Shown here: one piece after another, positions 22,735 through 35,063 of the stretch
How the letters are laid out: every line of letters starts with the position of its first letter
How positions within the stretch are numbered: position 1 is the first letter of the stretch
Source: Microthyrium microscopicum
Taxonomy: Eukaryota
Assembly: GCA_010405405.1 (NCBI GenBank)
Contig: MU004238.1
Location: 1,437,530 to 1,501,529 of the forward strand
Direction: 5' to 3'
DNA length: 64,000 bases
The notes under the pieces: model-generated
What the model was told of the DNA's origin: nothing
Databases searched by the model: none
Seen by the model: only the letters and a program-made list of their open reading frames with translations
Position numbers and translations under genes: made by a program

Positions 22735-23752
22735 CACCAAAAGAATTAAAGGAGGGCTGTAGGCTGTAGGAGGAGTTGAGACGAGGCGACTTGGGCGACA
22801 AGCGTGCTTATGGAGACAAGGCGCAAATGTGGCGGCGCTTGAACCCTTGAAAAGCTGGAGCTGACCTCGCTGGGGAATCTTGAATGTCTTGAAATGTGCA
22901 TGCAGCGGGAGTGGGCTTGTAGGCTGTGAGCATCACTTGATTGCTCAACATCAAGATCAGGCGAACTGCGTCTGCGGTAGTAGACAGTGCACCGCGTGAG
23001 TCTCTTGGATCTTGACTCTGCTGTGACCTCAAACTGTCACCGTCTGAACAAAACAGTGCGTCGCAGCAAATCGGAGGTTTGATGTGTTGCTTGCGGATAG
23101 AGAGCTTGTGGTCACGACGCAAATAGGCAGCAGCTAGGCATAGGAAATAGTCAAATGAAGATGATGAGATGCAGAGAAAGAGCTGAGCAGCAGATGGCAG
23201 GAGGTACTCATGATATGGAAAATGTGGATATGATAGGATATCACAGGCTTTACAGAATCACAGCAGTATTGAAGGAGTAGAGTACCCTCAGCTATGCTTT
23301 TTTATCCAGCTAGGTTCCAACTGAGTCATTTCCCAATGGTATTCAAATACAGAGATATTGATAGTCTTGTATCAAACCCAGTCGAGTACCTACTAGTAGG
23401 TATGTAATGACGATACTCCATACAGAATCAGATCTGATGAATATTAGTGATCTGCTTTGGCAGGTAGGTCGCTTTTGGATGGGCATTGGAAGGCCATCCA
23501 TATAAGCTGTAACGTCTGCACAGTGCAAATATTAAGACAGATGTTTCGAGAGTTGAGAACAAGAAGCAAAGCTGGTAACAATAATTGCCTGTATGTTGTG
23601 CATTTGACGGTATCCGCCATGCGCGTCTGTTGCGTTAAGGGGGTGCCTTATCCGCCTGTGCTGACTAACCATCTTAGTGAGGTCCTCTGTCAATCTCATG
23701 CTCCAGAAAAAAGTTGTTGCCACGACCAGTTGCGCTTTTCACTCATACAATA

Positions 23753-25548
23753 ATGCTACGATCAAGGACCGCTCGCGCGGCTTCGTCCATAATACGAAAT
23801 GTATCGAGGCCGTCCTTACGAACACTGGCCAGCGTAGCTCCTGTTCAGGGAAAGGTATGCTACGCCATTGATTCACCTGCTGCGGAACTGACTTGCGCAT
23901 TAGGACCCCGTTGAACTAGATAATATCACAACCCTACCTAACGGCCTACGAGTTGCAACGGAGGCACTCCCAGGTCACTTCTCAGGCGTCGGAGTTTATA
24001 TCGATGCAGGCTCGCGCTACGAAAATGCATATCTTTCAGGAGTTAGCCATATCATCGACAGGCTTGCCTTCAAGTCGACATCAACAAGAACTGCGGATAA
24101 AATGCTGGAATCGATGGAGATGCTAGGTGGTAACATTCAATGCGCTTCCTCACGAGAAGCATTGATGTACCAAGCCGCAACTTTCAATTCCGGCATCCCA
24201 GACACCATGGCCATCCTCGCCGAGACCATCCGCGATCCGCTCGTCACACCCACGGAGATAGAGCAACAATTACAGACGGCGGAATATGAGATTGAAGAGA
24301 TATGGGCGAAGCCAGAACTGATACTGCCGGAACTGGTTCATGTTGCGGCTTACAGGAATAATACGTTGGGCAATCCACTGCTGTGTCCCAAGGATCGATT
24401 GCCAGCGATAAATCGGGATGTGATCGATGCTTATCGAAGGACGTTCTATCATCCAGAGCGTATGGTAATTGCTTTTGCCGGAGTAAATCACGAAGAAGCT
24501 GTACGGATGACCGAGAAATATTTCGGCGATATGCCAAAAGGAACAGGGCCAGCACTACCTTCAGAGGCAGACATTAAATCATCGCTGGAACCTATCTCAG
24601 CAGCAACTGGTGGGACCTTATCAAATGGAATCAAAAGTACTTGACTAATGCTCTATAGGCTCAACATCGTACGTTGGTACACCACCTCCGCATCAAAAAT
24701 CTATTCTCTCCAAGCTCCCTTTCATCAAAAACCTCTCCACGTCAGCTTCTCGCGCTGCTTCCGTATCAGACCAATCTCTTTCATTTGAACCTCCAAACCT
24801 CACACTTCCCGCCACATACACTGGAGGCTTCATGTCTCTACCAGCCGCTCCTATATTAAATCCAAACATCCCTCCTCTTACACACATGCATCTCTGCTTC
24901 GAAGCGCCATCTATTACCTCGGACGAGATCTACACAGTCGCCGTCATGCAAACATTGCTCGGTGGAGGAGGTAGCTTTAGTGCCGGTGGGCCCGGTAAGG
25001 GAATGTATTCCCGACTATATACCAACGTGCTGAACCAGCATGGCTGGATTGAAAGCTGTGTTGCATTTAACCATGGATATTCCGACTCTGGAATCTTTGG
25101 CATTGCTGCATCGTGTATCGACCCATCACATACGCCTCACATGCTAGATGTAATGTGTCGCGAGCTCAAGATGCTCTTTGCCGAGGCTGGACGAGGTGTT
25201 CTTACATCACGAGAAGTTGAAAGAGCAAAGAATCAGCTTCGTTCAAACCTTCTTATGAATCTAGAGAGCCGTATGGTTGAACTGGAAGACTTGGGCCGGC
25301 AGGTCCAGACACATGGACGCAAGATTGGCGCCCAAGAGATGTGTGATAAAATTCAGGGCGTCACTGTCGCTGATATACAGCGAGTCGCGAAGATGATGTT
25401 CCAAGGAGGCGTTCAAAGTCCTGGTGGTGGAAGTGGTGCTCCGACTGTGATTGTACAGCAACAGGGCCATGAACAGGACACTGGCTTCAAAGGCGGTTGG
25501 CAAGAGATCCAAGAGCGCATCAAGAAATGGGGCCTTGGGCGCATGTAG
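23753..25548 (+). CDS. MAS2: Mitochondrial processing peptidase alpha subunit
   Basis: Arg/Ser-rich presequence, ITTLPNGLRVATE, DAGSRYE, and the glycine loop LLGGGGSFSAGGPGKGMYSRLY. Introns approx 23855-23903 and 24610-24658. Confidence 0.95.
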
Positions 25549-25755
25549 TACGTGGAGAAAACGTACTGTTGTGTATATATGGCTGCTTCAAGCCCAAAAT
25601 CTGTACTATTAGACACGTCACTATTATGATACCATCAGCTCTGCCATGTGCGTAGGAAGTTAAATCAAAGATTTCTTAGCACCGAATGCCTTTCAAAATT
25701 ACTTTATCGCCGTCATGGCCTTCAGAACCAATAATTGACCTGACGATTACTCAAA

Positions 25756-26296
25756 TCACTTTCCAGTATCCATAGCGCCCTCTGACTCCTTGGCCTGTTC
25801 CAGCCATTCCGTCGCTTCCTTCACTAGCTCCTTTTCTTTTCGCAAGCCAACATCTCGGCTTCGGCTGTTTAGTACAGCGACATCCATGGCTCCCATCCCG
25901 CCGTTGCTTTTGGTATCCTCTACGGGTAGAAGAATGCCGGCTTCTTCAAGCGCATAAGACTGCTGGAGAAGAATCTGCTTAAGGCGAAATAGCGTTTTGA
26001 AATAGTCGCGAACATGTGTCTGGATTCCAGCCTTGCGAGCTTCTAAAGCAGTTCCATCTGCTTCAGCGAGAAGCTCGGCATTGTGTGTAGAGTCTGATAA
26101 CAGCGCAATGGCAGAGCCAGCAGACTGTAATAAGTTCGGAACGTCCTAGCTATTTAGTGAGGTATTCGGGCATTTGGATAGCATTACATACTCGGCTTAG
26201 GGCTACAAGGACTTTGAGGTTGTCCATGTTCCCATATACTTGAGGTTCGGATTCGGATCCATTTTCAGAGCCATTGTCGGACCGATCTTCCTCCAT
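25756..26296 (-). CDS. MED11: Mediator complex subunit 11
   Basis: Exons 26296-26192 and 26145-25756. The second reads DVPNLLQSAGSAIALL...DYFKTL...QSYALEEAGIL...NGGMGAMDVAVLNSR..DVG, the pattern of Pezizomycotina Med11. This exon is absent from the ORF track. Confidence 0.8.
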
Positions 26297-26848
26297 GATG
26301 GAAAGGCTTGGGTAGTAGTTGTGAGAGACTGCAAGAGATGGTGTTATGTAATTGCCGGAGAATAGGTTTGTCGCCTGGTGATGAGCATTCTGCGCGTTGT
26401 GTAAATGTTGAACCAAGTAACACAACCATCTCTTTTTGGGGTGAGGTTGGAAGTGATAGCATAAGCGCCGGTTTAATGGTTACAATTGGTTGCATAGACG
26501 CCGAAGCGTGCCTTAAAAGGCAACTGCGACCCTCTAAGCTCTTTCCTAGTGTGAACGTTCATCTTCACTCCATGCATGCTTTGTCAAAGCGCCTCACTTC
26601 AACCTCCATCAACCACCCATATTCTAGATCTTCAATTGCTCATCTGTCTACTTCTTGCTGTATTCATCTCTGGCCATCGCATATCGAATCAACATCGAAT
26701 TACTTTCCAGGGACCTTGTCTTCATCGCCTCTACATTCGCGCTGCGCGCGGCCAACATCGCGAGCCTCGAGATTTGTAGGATCATCTGCGCCGTTAAGTT
26801 ATGAACAGTTTACGCTAATGACTGATAGCTTGAAAGAGATCTGCAGCC

Positions 26849-29800
26849 ATGTCTAATATCCCAAATGTCCCATCACGGAGTGGTAGTATCGCCAATGGAC
26901 CACCAAGCGCAGGCATGAACTCGCAACAAGCACCGCCTCCTACCCCAGGCGCTGCGCCAACACAGCAAAATCTAAACCAAATAGTAAGTCGATAGAGAAC
27001 CAACTGGAGATGTTTGGATTGAGTTTTTTTTTTATTCTTGCTTGTCTTGCTTGTGTTTTTGAGAAGCGGGATCAGACAATCTCAGCAGATGTCTGGGCGG
27101 TACGCTTGTGGCCTGGCCCTGCACTTGTTTTTCACTTTCTCATTTTCTTTGCTGTCCTTTCCGTTTGGCGTCCTCTTCCTTTGCGAGATCTGGAGCTGGA
27201 GACTATCTGGACTTGACCATGAGCTGCAAAATCGAGGGTCTCAGCAGACTTACCTTTCTTGACAACTCATGACATCCATCACGAGGAGGATCCACCCTGG
27301 AGATGCTTTAACTATGGAATGCCTTCCTATCCAATTTATGGAGGCCTTTGAGACTCACACCACCAGCAGCACCATAATGCCTCACTCCAAGGACTAGGCA
27401 ATGCCCCAAATCGAGGACAAAGCAATTCTCCCAGCCAAAGACCAGGTTTTGCGTCTCCAAATACTGCAAATATGTATCAATTTCATCCTGCTGGCTTCAG
27501 CCAAGGACAGGCTTCTAGGCCGTCACAAGGCTCTAATCAATCGCAAAATGGTGGCCGTTTACCTGCTCATGGCCGCTCATTATCGAATAATGGTGCTCCA
27601 ACCCCATACCAACCATTATCTAATCAGCGGGTTAACACTCAAGATGGTGGACAGCCTCCGGCCAAGAGACAGCAAGTCTCTGGTGGGCTTTTTTACCCTT
27701 CTAATTACCCTGCCTCTCCTCGTCAGGGGACCTCTCAGAATTACGGACAGTCACAATCAAGTCCCCAAACTATGCCTGGTAACAATATGGCGCCATCTAA
27801 CCGTTCTGCCTCAGGCCAGCACTGGAATTCTTCAAATCGAGGTCCTCTGCAGCTACCAGACCAGCATATGTCAACTGAAAATTCAGCACATGCGCAGCAT
27901 GGTGGCTTTTCCGCCTCTCAGCTAAGCTCCCCTAGTCGAGGACCATCGCAGCAACAAATTTCGCAAGCAATGTCTTCATCACAACTGAATTCTCAAGGCC
28001 GGGCTCAGACACAGCGACCAACATCGCAGGGAATATCGCCTAATCCACAAATGAGCCCGCATAATCAGGCTCCAATGCAGCAACTGTCATTTTCAGGGGC
28101 GCCTCCTTCACAGATGAATGCTCAAGGCTGGGAAGCAACACAGCAACAATCATTTCAAGAGCCTCCATCCGGTCCACAATTTAATATTCCGGGTCGGGCA
28201 CCGGCGCAGCAACAGTCGTTACAAGCGGCGTCAGCTTCACAAACAATTGCTCAAAGTTGGGCTCAAATACAAGAGCAACCATATCAAGGACCCCTTCATC
28301 TACCCGCAAACCCCCGCAATCAGGCGCAAGCACAGCAAAACACAGCTCAAGATCCTCCATATAGTCCACAGGCGCAGGTTACTCAGAATTATCAAGCGGC
28401 ACAGCTCCCGACATCTCAAGTCACTTCTTTCAGTCCTCAGTTGCAATCGCCAACTACTCAAAACCAACGACCAGTGCAGCAGTCGTCTCAAGCAAACTTC
28501 TCTAGTCCGCGACCAATCTATCGCAATAATCTGCCAGAGAAGCGGCCGCTGAACCAAGGAGCTCCTTCTCTCCCGAATTTCAAACTTCAGGGTCAGCTAT
28601 CGACACCGTCCCAACACGCTCCATCTCGTTTGAGCGACGAAAGTTCACAAAACCGGGCCTCGCCGTCTCCACAACTTCAAGTACCTTCGCCTACATCGAA
28701 CTTCTTGCAAGAAAATCAGTCGCACCAAAATTCTCCGGGTGGCGTGCCAGGACAGCAGCGGCAATTTCAGGGACCGGCTTCTGGCTCTCAGCACAACGCT
28801 CCCAATCGTAGCCTGGTGACTAGTAATTCTCAAACTCGAGTGTTCGATCATCATTCAGAAACTCAAGGGCCGGCAGTTTCTGGTTTTCAGCCCAATTCTT
28901 CCAATCGCGGCTCTGCACAACAAGCAGCAATTCAAAGTGCTGTCTCTATTTCACTACCGAAGGTCCACAGTCAGGTAACTGAGCAGCTCAAGTCTCAAGG
29001 TAGCGGACCTTCACTGCAAACCCAGGTCCAAGGTTCATCGAGCTCATCTCCAAACTTGTTGCATCGAGCTGCACAATCGTCGCCTTCTCAAAGTCACGCA
29101 ACAACACAACAGCCACCAAATCAAATACTTCCTACCCAGCAGCAACAGTGCCCCAGCCAAGGACAAGCGCAACTACATTCTGCTGATCCTAATCGACCGT
29201 ATCCTCACTCTCAGCATCGTGTACCAGCACAGCAGTTGTCATATCAGGTAACTCCTAGGTCACGGCCACAGTCTCAGAGCCAAGGACAGGCGCATCCAAA
29301 TCCCTCAAACCACGGGCAACAAGCAGCATATGCTAGTAGGCAGTTCAATACCCATCCTGTAATAAACACCCAATCGAAATCTCCGCCGAATCGGCCAGCA
29401 AATCCCGCAATGGCGCCTCCTCTACCCTCTTGGAATGCATCATCCACTTCTCGAACTTATCTCAGCCCAGGTCCTTCCTTTTCGAATCGCCAGCCATACT
29501 ATGGAACCGGAACTCCCGGCATGCGGCAAATTCAACGACCGCTGGCCCCAGTCGTGGAATATCAGCTCAATCCCAATACGGTATAATTTGTGTTTGAAGT
29601 TTTGTCTTTGAGATTCTTATTTTTTTTTGTCAAAGGAGACGCGACGTTCAATATACTCAGTTTGCTAACGTAACTTCAAGGTTCTTGAGTACCTTAATAA
29701 AAAAGGGTATGCAAAAACAGAGGCGACACTTCGTAAAGAATCTGCCAATCTTGAAGCCAATGGTACGCCCTCTGTACGACGAGCTCGAGAAACTGGTGGT

Positions 29801-31807
29801 CCGGCTTATGATAAAGCTTTTTGTAAGTTGCGGATCCATTTCTACCATTGTGATGAGGTCTAACACGTTGATAGCGATTCTTCTAGGATTCATTGAAGAC
29901 AGCTTAGAAGCCTATCGCCCTGAGCTTTATCGACTGTTGTGGCCGATTTTTGTTCATTGCATTCTTGATCTTGCGGCCGATTACTATCCTCGCGAATGCG
30001 AGGCCTTCTATAAGAAGCATCATGAACGATTTGATCGCGAGCATGTCGATGAGCTTCGACAACTCTCTGTTATCACAAGCCCGGAACACTTGGCAAGCAG
30101 CAGCCTTGCTAAACTGTACCGTGAAAACAAATACCGACTCACTCTGACAAAGATGGTCTATGCCATTCTGGTACAATTCCTGGAGAATAGGGAAGAAGAC
30201 GGTGGCGACATTCTTACCAAACTTATCAATAGCCATCTTAAGATCGTTGAAGTAGAGCGTGCCGCAGTAGGAGAGCGAAGTTTAGCTGCTATGCTTGCAC
30301 GCAAAGGTGAAGAATACGACCAGCCTGCCGAAGATGAAGGCATCCCCGGCCATAATCCTGGATCTGCAAACACAGATCCCAACGCTCCTAATGTTCTACC
30401 TCGTCTTGCGCTCGGACCTTTACCTATGGACGTGGACCTTGCAGATGATGTTCGCGCAGAATTAGCTGAGCAAGATGAAAAAGAGCCGCCAGCCCCTGGC
30501 GAGGATTCGCTTGTGGCAGTCTGGGACGAAAAGGTCAAAAAAGAACCAACCGAAGACGCGCCTTCACGCGAAACAATTCCCCTCCCACCTCCTCTAGCTA
30601 GAGATGTCGCAATGGAAGTCCAGAAGGTTCGTGAGCATCGTGATCGATTCAAGATAGATCCTTTCACGGGCGGAACTCCACCAGGCGTTAGTGTTTGTAT
30701 GTACACATTTCACAACACACACGAAAGGTTAGTGGAGATATCATTATTGAAAACATTCGCCTGACATGTTCTAGCTTCAACTGCCTCGATTTCTCTGGAG
30801 ACTTGTTATTGGTAGCTGGAGGCACGGCTTTAAGCTACATTCAAGTTTGGTCACTTGACGGATCGCCCTTGATAGATATGAGTAGACCAGACGAAGAGAA
30901 GCCACCATCTTCGCGCCGCCTAATAGGTCACTCTGGACCTGTATTCGCAGTTTCTTTCCAACCTTCAACAGAAAAGCCGAAAACTGAGACAGATTTCCTG
31001 AAGGACACCCATACAGGCCCCCATCTCCTCCTTTCCGCCTCAGCCGATAAGACTATCCGTCTTTGGAGCTTAGATGCCTGGACATGCCTGACCTATTTCC
31101 GCTCACATCTAGCCCCCGTCTTCGATGTTCAATGGGGTCCTTACGGGCACTACTTCTTGACATGTGGTGCGGACAAGGTGGCCCGTGTATGGTCGCAGGA
31201 ATCTATAGCGCCATTGCGCATGTTCGTCGGCCATGAAAACGATGTCGAATGTGGCGCATGGCATCCCAATGGCGCATACGTCTTCACTGCAGGCGACAAA
31301 ACCATTCGAATGTGGGATATAATGCGTGGCACCTCACTGCGCATGTTTACGGGACATACTGGGAATATTACCGCCCTCGAATGCTCTCGCGATGGCAAGA
31401 CTCTAGCATCTGCGGATGATCAGGGAAGCATCTTTTTGTGGGACCTGGCAACTGGTACACGCATCAAGCGCATGCGTGGGCACGCCAAAGGAGGCATCTG
31501 GTCTCTCTCATGGAGCGTCGAATCGAACCTCGTTGTCTCTGGTGGCGCTGATAACACTGTTCGTGTTTGGGATGTTGCTCCGCGTGCCGAAGGTTCTCGG
31601 GCAGCCGATCTTAATAAGACAGATGGCTCCATGAGTGCTCCTCCGGTTCCGAGCGTGTTACCACCTAAGAAGTCGAAAAAGGATGTTGTGATCACACCTG
31701 ATCAGATCAGCTGTTTCCCGACCAAAAAGAGTCCTGTCAAGAAGGTCATGTTTACTCGGGCAAATCTTTGCATTGCTGGGTCTGTCTTCGAACCTGAGCC
31801 AGCTTGA
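26849..31807 (+). CDS. TAF5: TFIID/SAGA subunit TAF5 (LisH, NTD2, WD40)
   Basis: Exons 26849-26983, 29681-29822, 29875-30727 and 30775-31807. The exon 1/2 join restores LisH (QQNLNQI|VLEYLNKKGMQKTEATLRKES). NTD2 motif YRPELYRLLWPIFVH, then SVCMYTFHNT and WD40 repeats (LIGHSGPV, MFVGH, MFTGH, RMRGH). Confidence 0.93.
27472..29586 (+). CDS. Q/S/P/N-rich low-complexity ORF (704 aa) nested in TAF5 intron 1; either an independent gene or an alternative exon
   Basis: Uninterrupted 2.1 kb ORF whose frame is open from 27352. It has internal ~21-aa repeats and lies wholly between the TAF5 donor (26984) and acceptor (29680). Confidence 0.65.
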   Translation: MYQFHPAGFSQGQASRPSQGSNQSQNGGRLPAHGRSLSNNGAPTPYQPLSNQRVNTQDGGQPPAKRQQVSGGLFYPSNYPASPRQGTSQNYGQSQSSPQTMPGNNMAPSNRSASGQHWNSSNRGPLQLPDQHMSTENSAHAQHGGFSASQLSSPSRGPSQQQISQAMSSSQLNSQGRAQTQRPTSQGISPNPQMSPHNQAPMQQLSFSGAPPSQMNAQGWEATQQQSFQEPPSGPQFNIPGRAPAQQQSLQAASASQTIAQSWAQIQEQPYQGPLHLPANPRNQAQAQQNTAQDPPYSPQAQVTQNYQAAQLPTSQVTSFSPQLQSPTTQNQRPVQQSSQANFSSPRPIYRNNLPEKRPLNQGAPSLPNFKLQGQLSTPSQHAPSRLSDESSQNRASPSPQLQVPSPTSNFLQENQSHQNSPGGVPGQQRQFQGPASGSQHNAPNRSLVTSNSQTRVFDHHSETQGPAVSGFQPNSSNRGSAQQAAIQSAVSISLPKVHSQVTEQLKSQGSGPSLQTQVQGSSSSSPNLLHRAAQSSPSQSHATTQQPPNQILPTQQQQCPSQGQAQLHSADPNRPYPHSQHRVPAQQLSYQVTPRSRPQSQSQGQAHPNPSNHGQQAAYASRQFNTHPVINTQSKSPPNRPANPAMAPPLPSWNASSTSRTYLSPGPSFSNRQPYYGTGTPGMRQIQRPLAPVVEYQLNPNTV

Positions 31808-32218
31808 GTACGGATTGTTATGACCAATATAACTCATTCTATGACGTCCTTCGAAAACTATCAACATCTGGCTCGTCGCATAACAATTCGACAATTTCAC
31901 GAACGAGTAGTCGATTATCAATTCAAGGGCACAGCATAATGCCTGCTAAAATCTGCCGGCTGAAGGATACATCACGACTCGCTCTCTGACATAAGCACAA
32001 TATATCCCTATCTTTTGATGCTGAGGTCTTCCGAAGCATGTAATATACTATCCCTATTCATCGTATCGCTCTGTAATCTCCTGCCTGTTGGTATGGGTAT
32101 ACAGCGATGGTTTGCATCTTTGGTAGGAAGAAATTAGTCAAAGAGCCAAAACAATTATTATTGTGCATCAAAACTCCGTCGCTATGCCACTGATGTGATT
32201 TTAAGCCCTTTCAAGACA

Positions 32219-32654
32219 CTAAGCAGCAGCAGGTACCCCTTGACTGGCCTCGAGCTGGCTTTGAAGTTGATAGATCTGCTCATTCGTTAGTCAATCGCCT
32301 CTTAGCTAGACACAGTTACTATGATCTCACCTCCATCTTGAGCTTTTCACTCTTCTGTCTTACTTCTTCAATCTCCTTCTCTATGCGCTCAATTTCTCGG
32401 TTGATGAAGCTTAGACGACCTTCCACGGCCAAAACTGCCTCCGTCTTGTCCTGTTTGAGTAGCACTGGTCCAACGAGTTTGTAGATTCCGGCCTCATCAT
32501 CCAGAGTAGCAAATTCTTTCTGTACTGCTTTGTTTTCTTGTTGTTGTGATTCCAGCTTTTGTCTTGCGGCGACTGAGTTGCTGAGTTCGGTTTGAAGTGA
32601 GTTGTACTCGTCTGTGAGCGCTTGTAGATGTCCTCCAGGACCAGGATTTGCCAT
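32219..32654 (-). CDS. YKE2: Prefoldin subunit 6
   Basis: ARQKLESQQQENKAVQKEF...IYKLVGPVLLKQDKTEA...VEGRLSFI. Intron 32330-32276; last exon IYQLQSQLEASQGVPAAA*. Confidence 0.92.
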
Positions 32655-33097
32655 ACTGAAGGTTCGTTGGAAGGTATCTAATAATTCGTAGTTATGATGA
32701 GAAAGTTAGACTTACAAGAACTCGTCAAAAAAATAACATTGAACCAAAATCACCTCAAGAATCTCTATCACGTGTCCGTGCGTTGCCCCTCGCGATCTGG
32801 ATTCTGGCCTGGTGTTGCCCGACGGAACTTCAGCTTTCTTTCCATTTATACTTGATCAATCTCGCTTATTTTGTCCTTTAATCTGTCTCTGTTTCCTTTT
32901 CGATAGCTACTCCTCACCGCCGTCTTAGAAGTCCAACACTTTACGCCACTTCGTCCAAGTCACAACCCCGCCAACTGCGCGACTGCCTATATCGTCACAT
33001 CCGAGTCTCTCGCCTGCGCGCTGCTAAACACCTGAAATCGAAGTTCTCGAACTTGACGTACTTTTGAAAACGATAATACACTGCGGACATACTCAAA

Positions 33098-34646
33098 ATG
33101 AGCAACACGGACTTTCTCGGGCGGGCGATTGATACAGTGAAGAAGGCGATTGAGTTCGATACGGCGGGAAACTATAAGGAAGCTTATACGTGGTACATGA
33201 ATTCTTGTAAGAACTCAGTAACAGTGAATCTTGACGAAGGATAGTTGCTAATACGAAAGTAGTGGATTTGTTCATGCTTGCCCTCAAGTGTACGTCCAAT
33301 GATCGCGCAGAACCCAGCTTATGCTAACCTATGCGATAGGGGAGAAGAATGCCAAATCGAAGGAAGTTGTTCGACAAAAGACCGCCGAGTATATGGACCG
33401 AGCAGAGAAGCTGAAAACATACTTGAATGAGGATGGAACGGGGAAGAAGCCTGCAGCGATGGGATCTAATGGAAAAGCATCTGCTAATGGGTATTGAAAC
33501 CCATTCTATTTGGTATTAGATTCGCGGCTAACATTGTGGATTTAGCGGCGGCCCTGAAGAAGAGGATGCGGACTCTAAAAAGCTACGAGGTGCATTAGCC
33601 GGTGCCATTCTGACGGACAAGCCTAATATCAAATGGGAGGATGTGGCTGGTTTGGAACAAGCGAAGGAATCGTTAAAGGAAGCCGTCATATTACCCATCA
33701 AATTCCCACATCTCTTCCAAGGCAAGCGACAACCGTGGAAAGGCATATTGCTATACGGACCTCCGGGTACGGGTAAATCCTACCTTGCCAAGGCTGTCGC
33801 GACAGAGGCAAACAGCACATTCTTCAGTGTCAGCAGTTCGGATCTAGTATCCAAGTGGATGGGTGAGAGTGAACGGTAAGTTTTCCAACAACCTGTGTCT
33901 GGGAGATTATGCTGACTTTCGAAGGCTCGTGAAACAACTATTCAACATGGCGCGAGAAAACAAGCCATCTATCATATTCATCGACGAAATCGATGCTCTA
34001 TGTGGTCCTCGAGGTGAAGGCGAATCAGAAGCATCTCGACGTATCAAGACTGAGCTGCTAGTACAAATGGATGGTGTCGGAAAAGATTCTAGAGGTGTGC
34101 TCATTCTTGGTGCCACGAACATTCCCTGGCAGCTTGATGCAGCTATACGGCGGCGTTTTCAACGTCGAGTCCATATTAGTCTACCGGATCTCAATGCTCG
34201 TATGAAGATGTTTGAGCTTGCTATAGGAACGACTCCATGCGAACTCAACCAGGCGGACTACAAGAAGCTGGCGGTTTTAACGGAGGGATACTCTGGTAGC
34301 GATATCGCCATTGCAGTACAAGATGCACTTATGCAGCCCGTGCGGAAAATCCAGATGGCAACTCATTACAAAAAGGTATGCTCAAGACCATTATCGAATT
34401 TGCCGATTTACTAATACTTTGTAGGTGATGGACGAAGGTGTGGAGAAACTTACTCCCTGCTCGCCTGGCGACCAAGGAGCAATGGAGATGGACTGGACAC
34501 AAGTGGACTCAGAGAAGCTCCTGGAGCCACCATTACTACGAAAGGACTTTGAAAAGGCCATCAAAAGCGCGCGGCCAACAGTCAGTCAAGGCGATTTGGA
34601 GCGCAATGCGGAATGGACCAAAGAGTTTGGTAGTGAGGGAGCTTGA
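33098..34646 (+). CDS. VPS4: AAA ATPase Vps4 (ESCRT-III disassembly)
   Basis: MIT N-terminus [19 protein letters not shown], Walker A GPPGTGKS, Walker [18 protein letters not shown], and the C-terminal LTPCSPGD...WTKEFG. Several short introns. Confidence 0.97.
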
Positions 34647-35063
34647 TATAGATAAAGGGGGAATTGTAGAAGCAGTCATGATACCAAGACACCTGATTTC
34701 ATAGCGATGGGCAGATATTTTCCATTAAAAGTGTTAATAGATATCTCGTCTCTTAAGTAGCACATTGGCCTGTTATCTTTGCTAATGCTTCCTTGCCAGC
34801 TATAATAAGCAGGGGAAATAGCGAGGTGTAAACACAAAACGTATGCTAACATCATGTCAGCCGCATATAATGGGCATTTCATGCGGTATCAATCAGGAGG
34901 GATCTCAGCCTTGTGCTGAGCCTTGTCATGCAGATGCAGGGATGATTCGTCAACCTCCACTTGGTGTGACATCAAGCCATTGCACAACAAACAATCGCAT
35001 TCCCCCCTCTCCTCCATACTTTTAGATCAACTTATGGCTTCTACCTCGTTCTAATAACCAGCA

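Noticed and set aside
2403..34646. palB and VPS4 linkage as an ESCRT/pH-signalling cluster
   Set aside because: They are about 27 kb apart with many unrelated genes in between.
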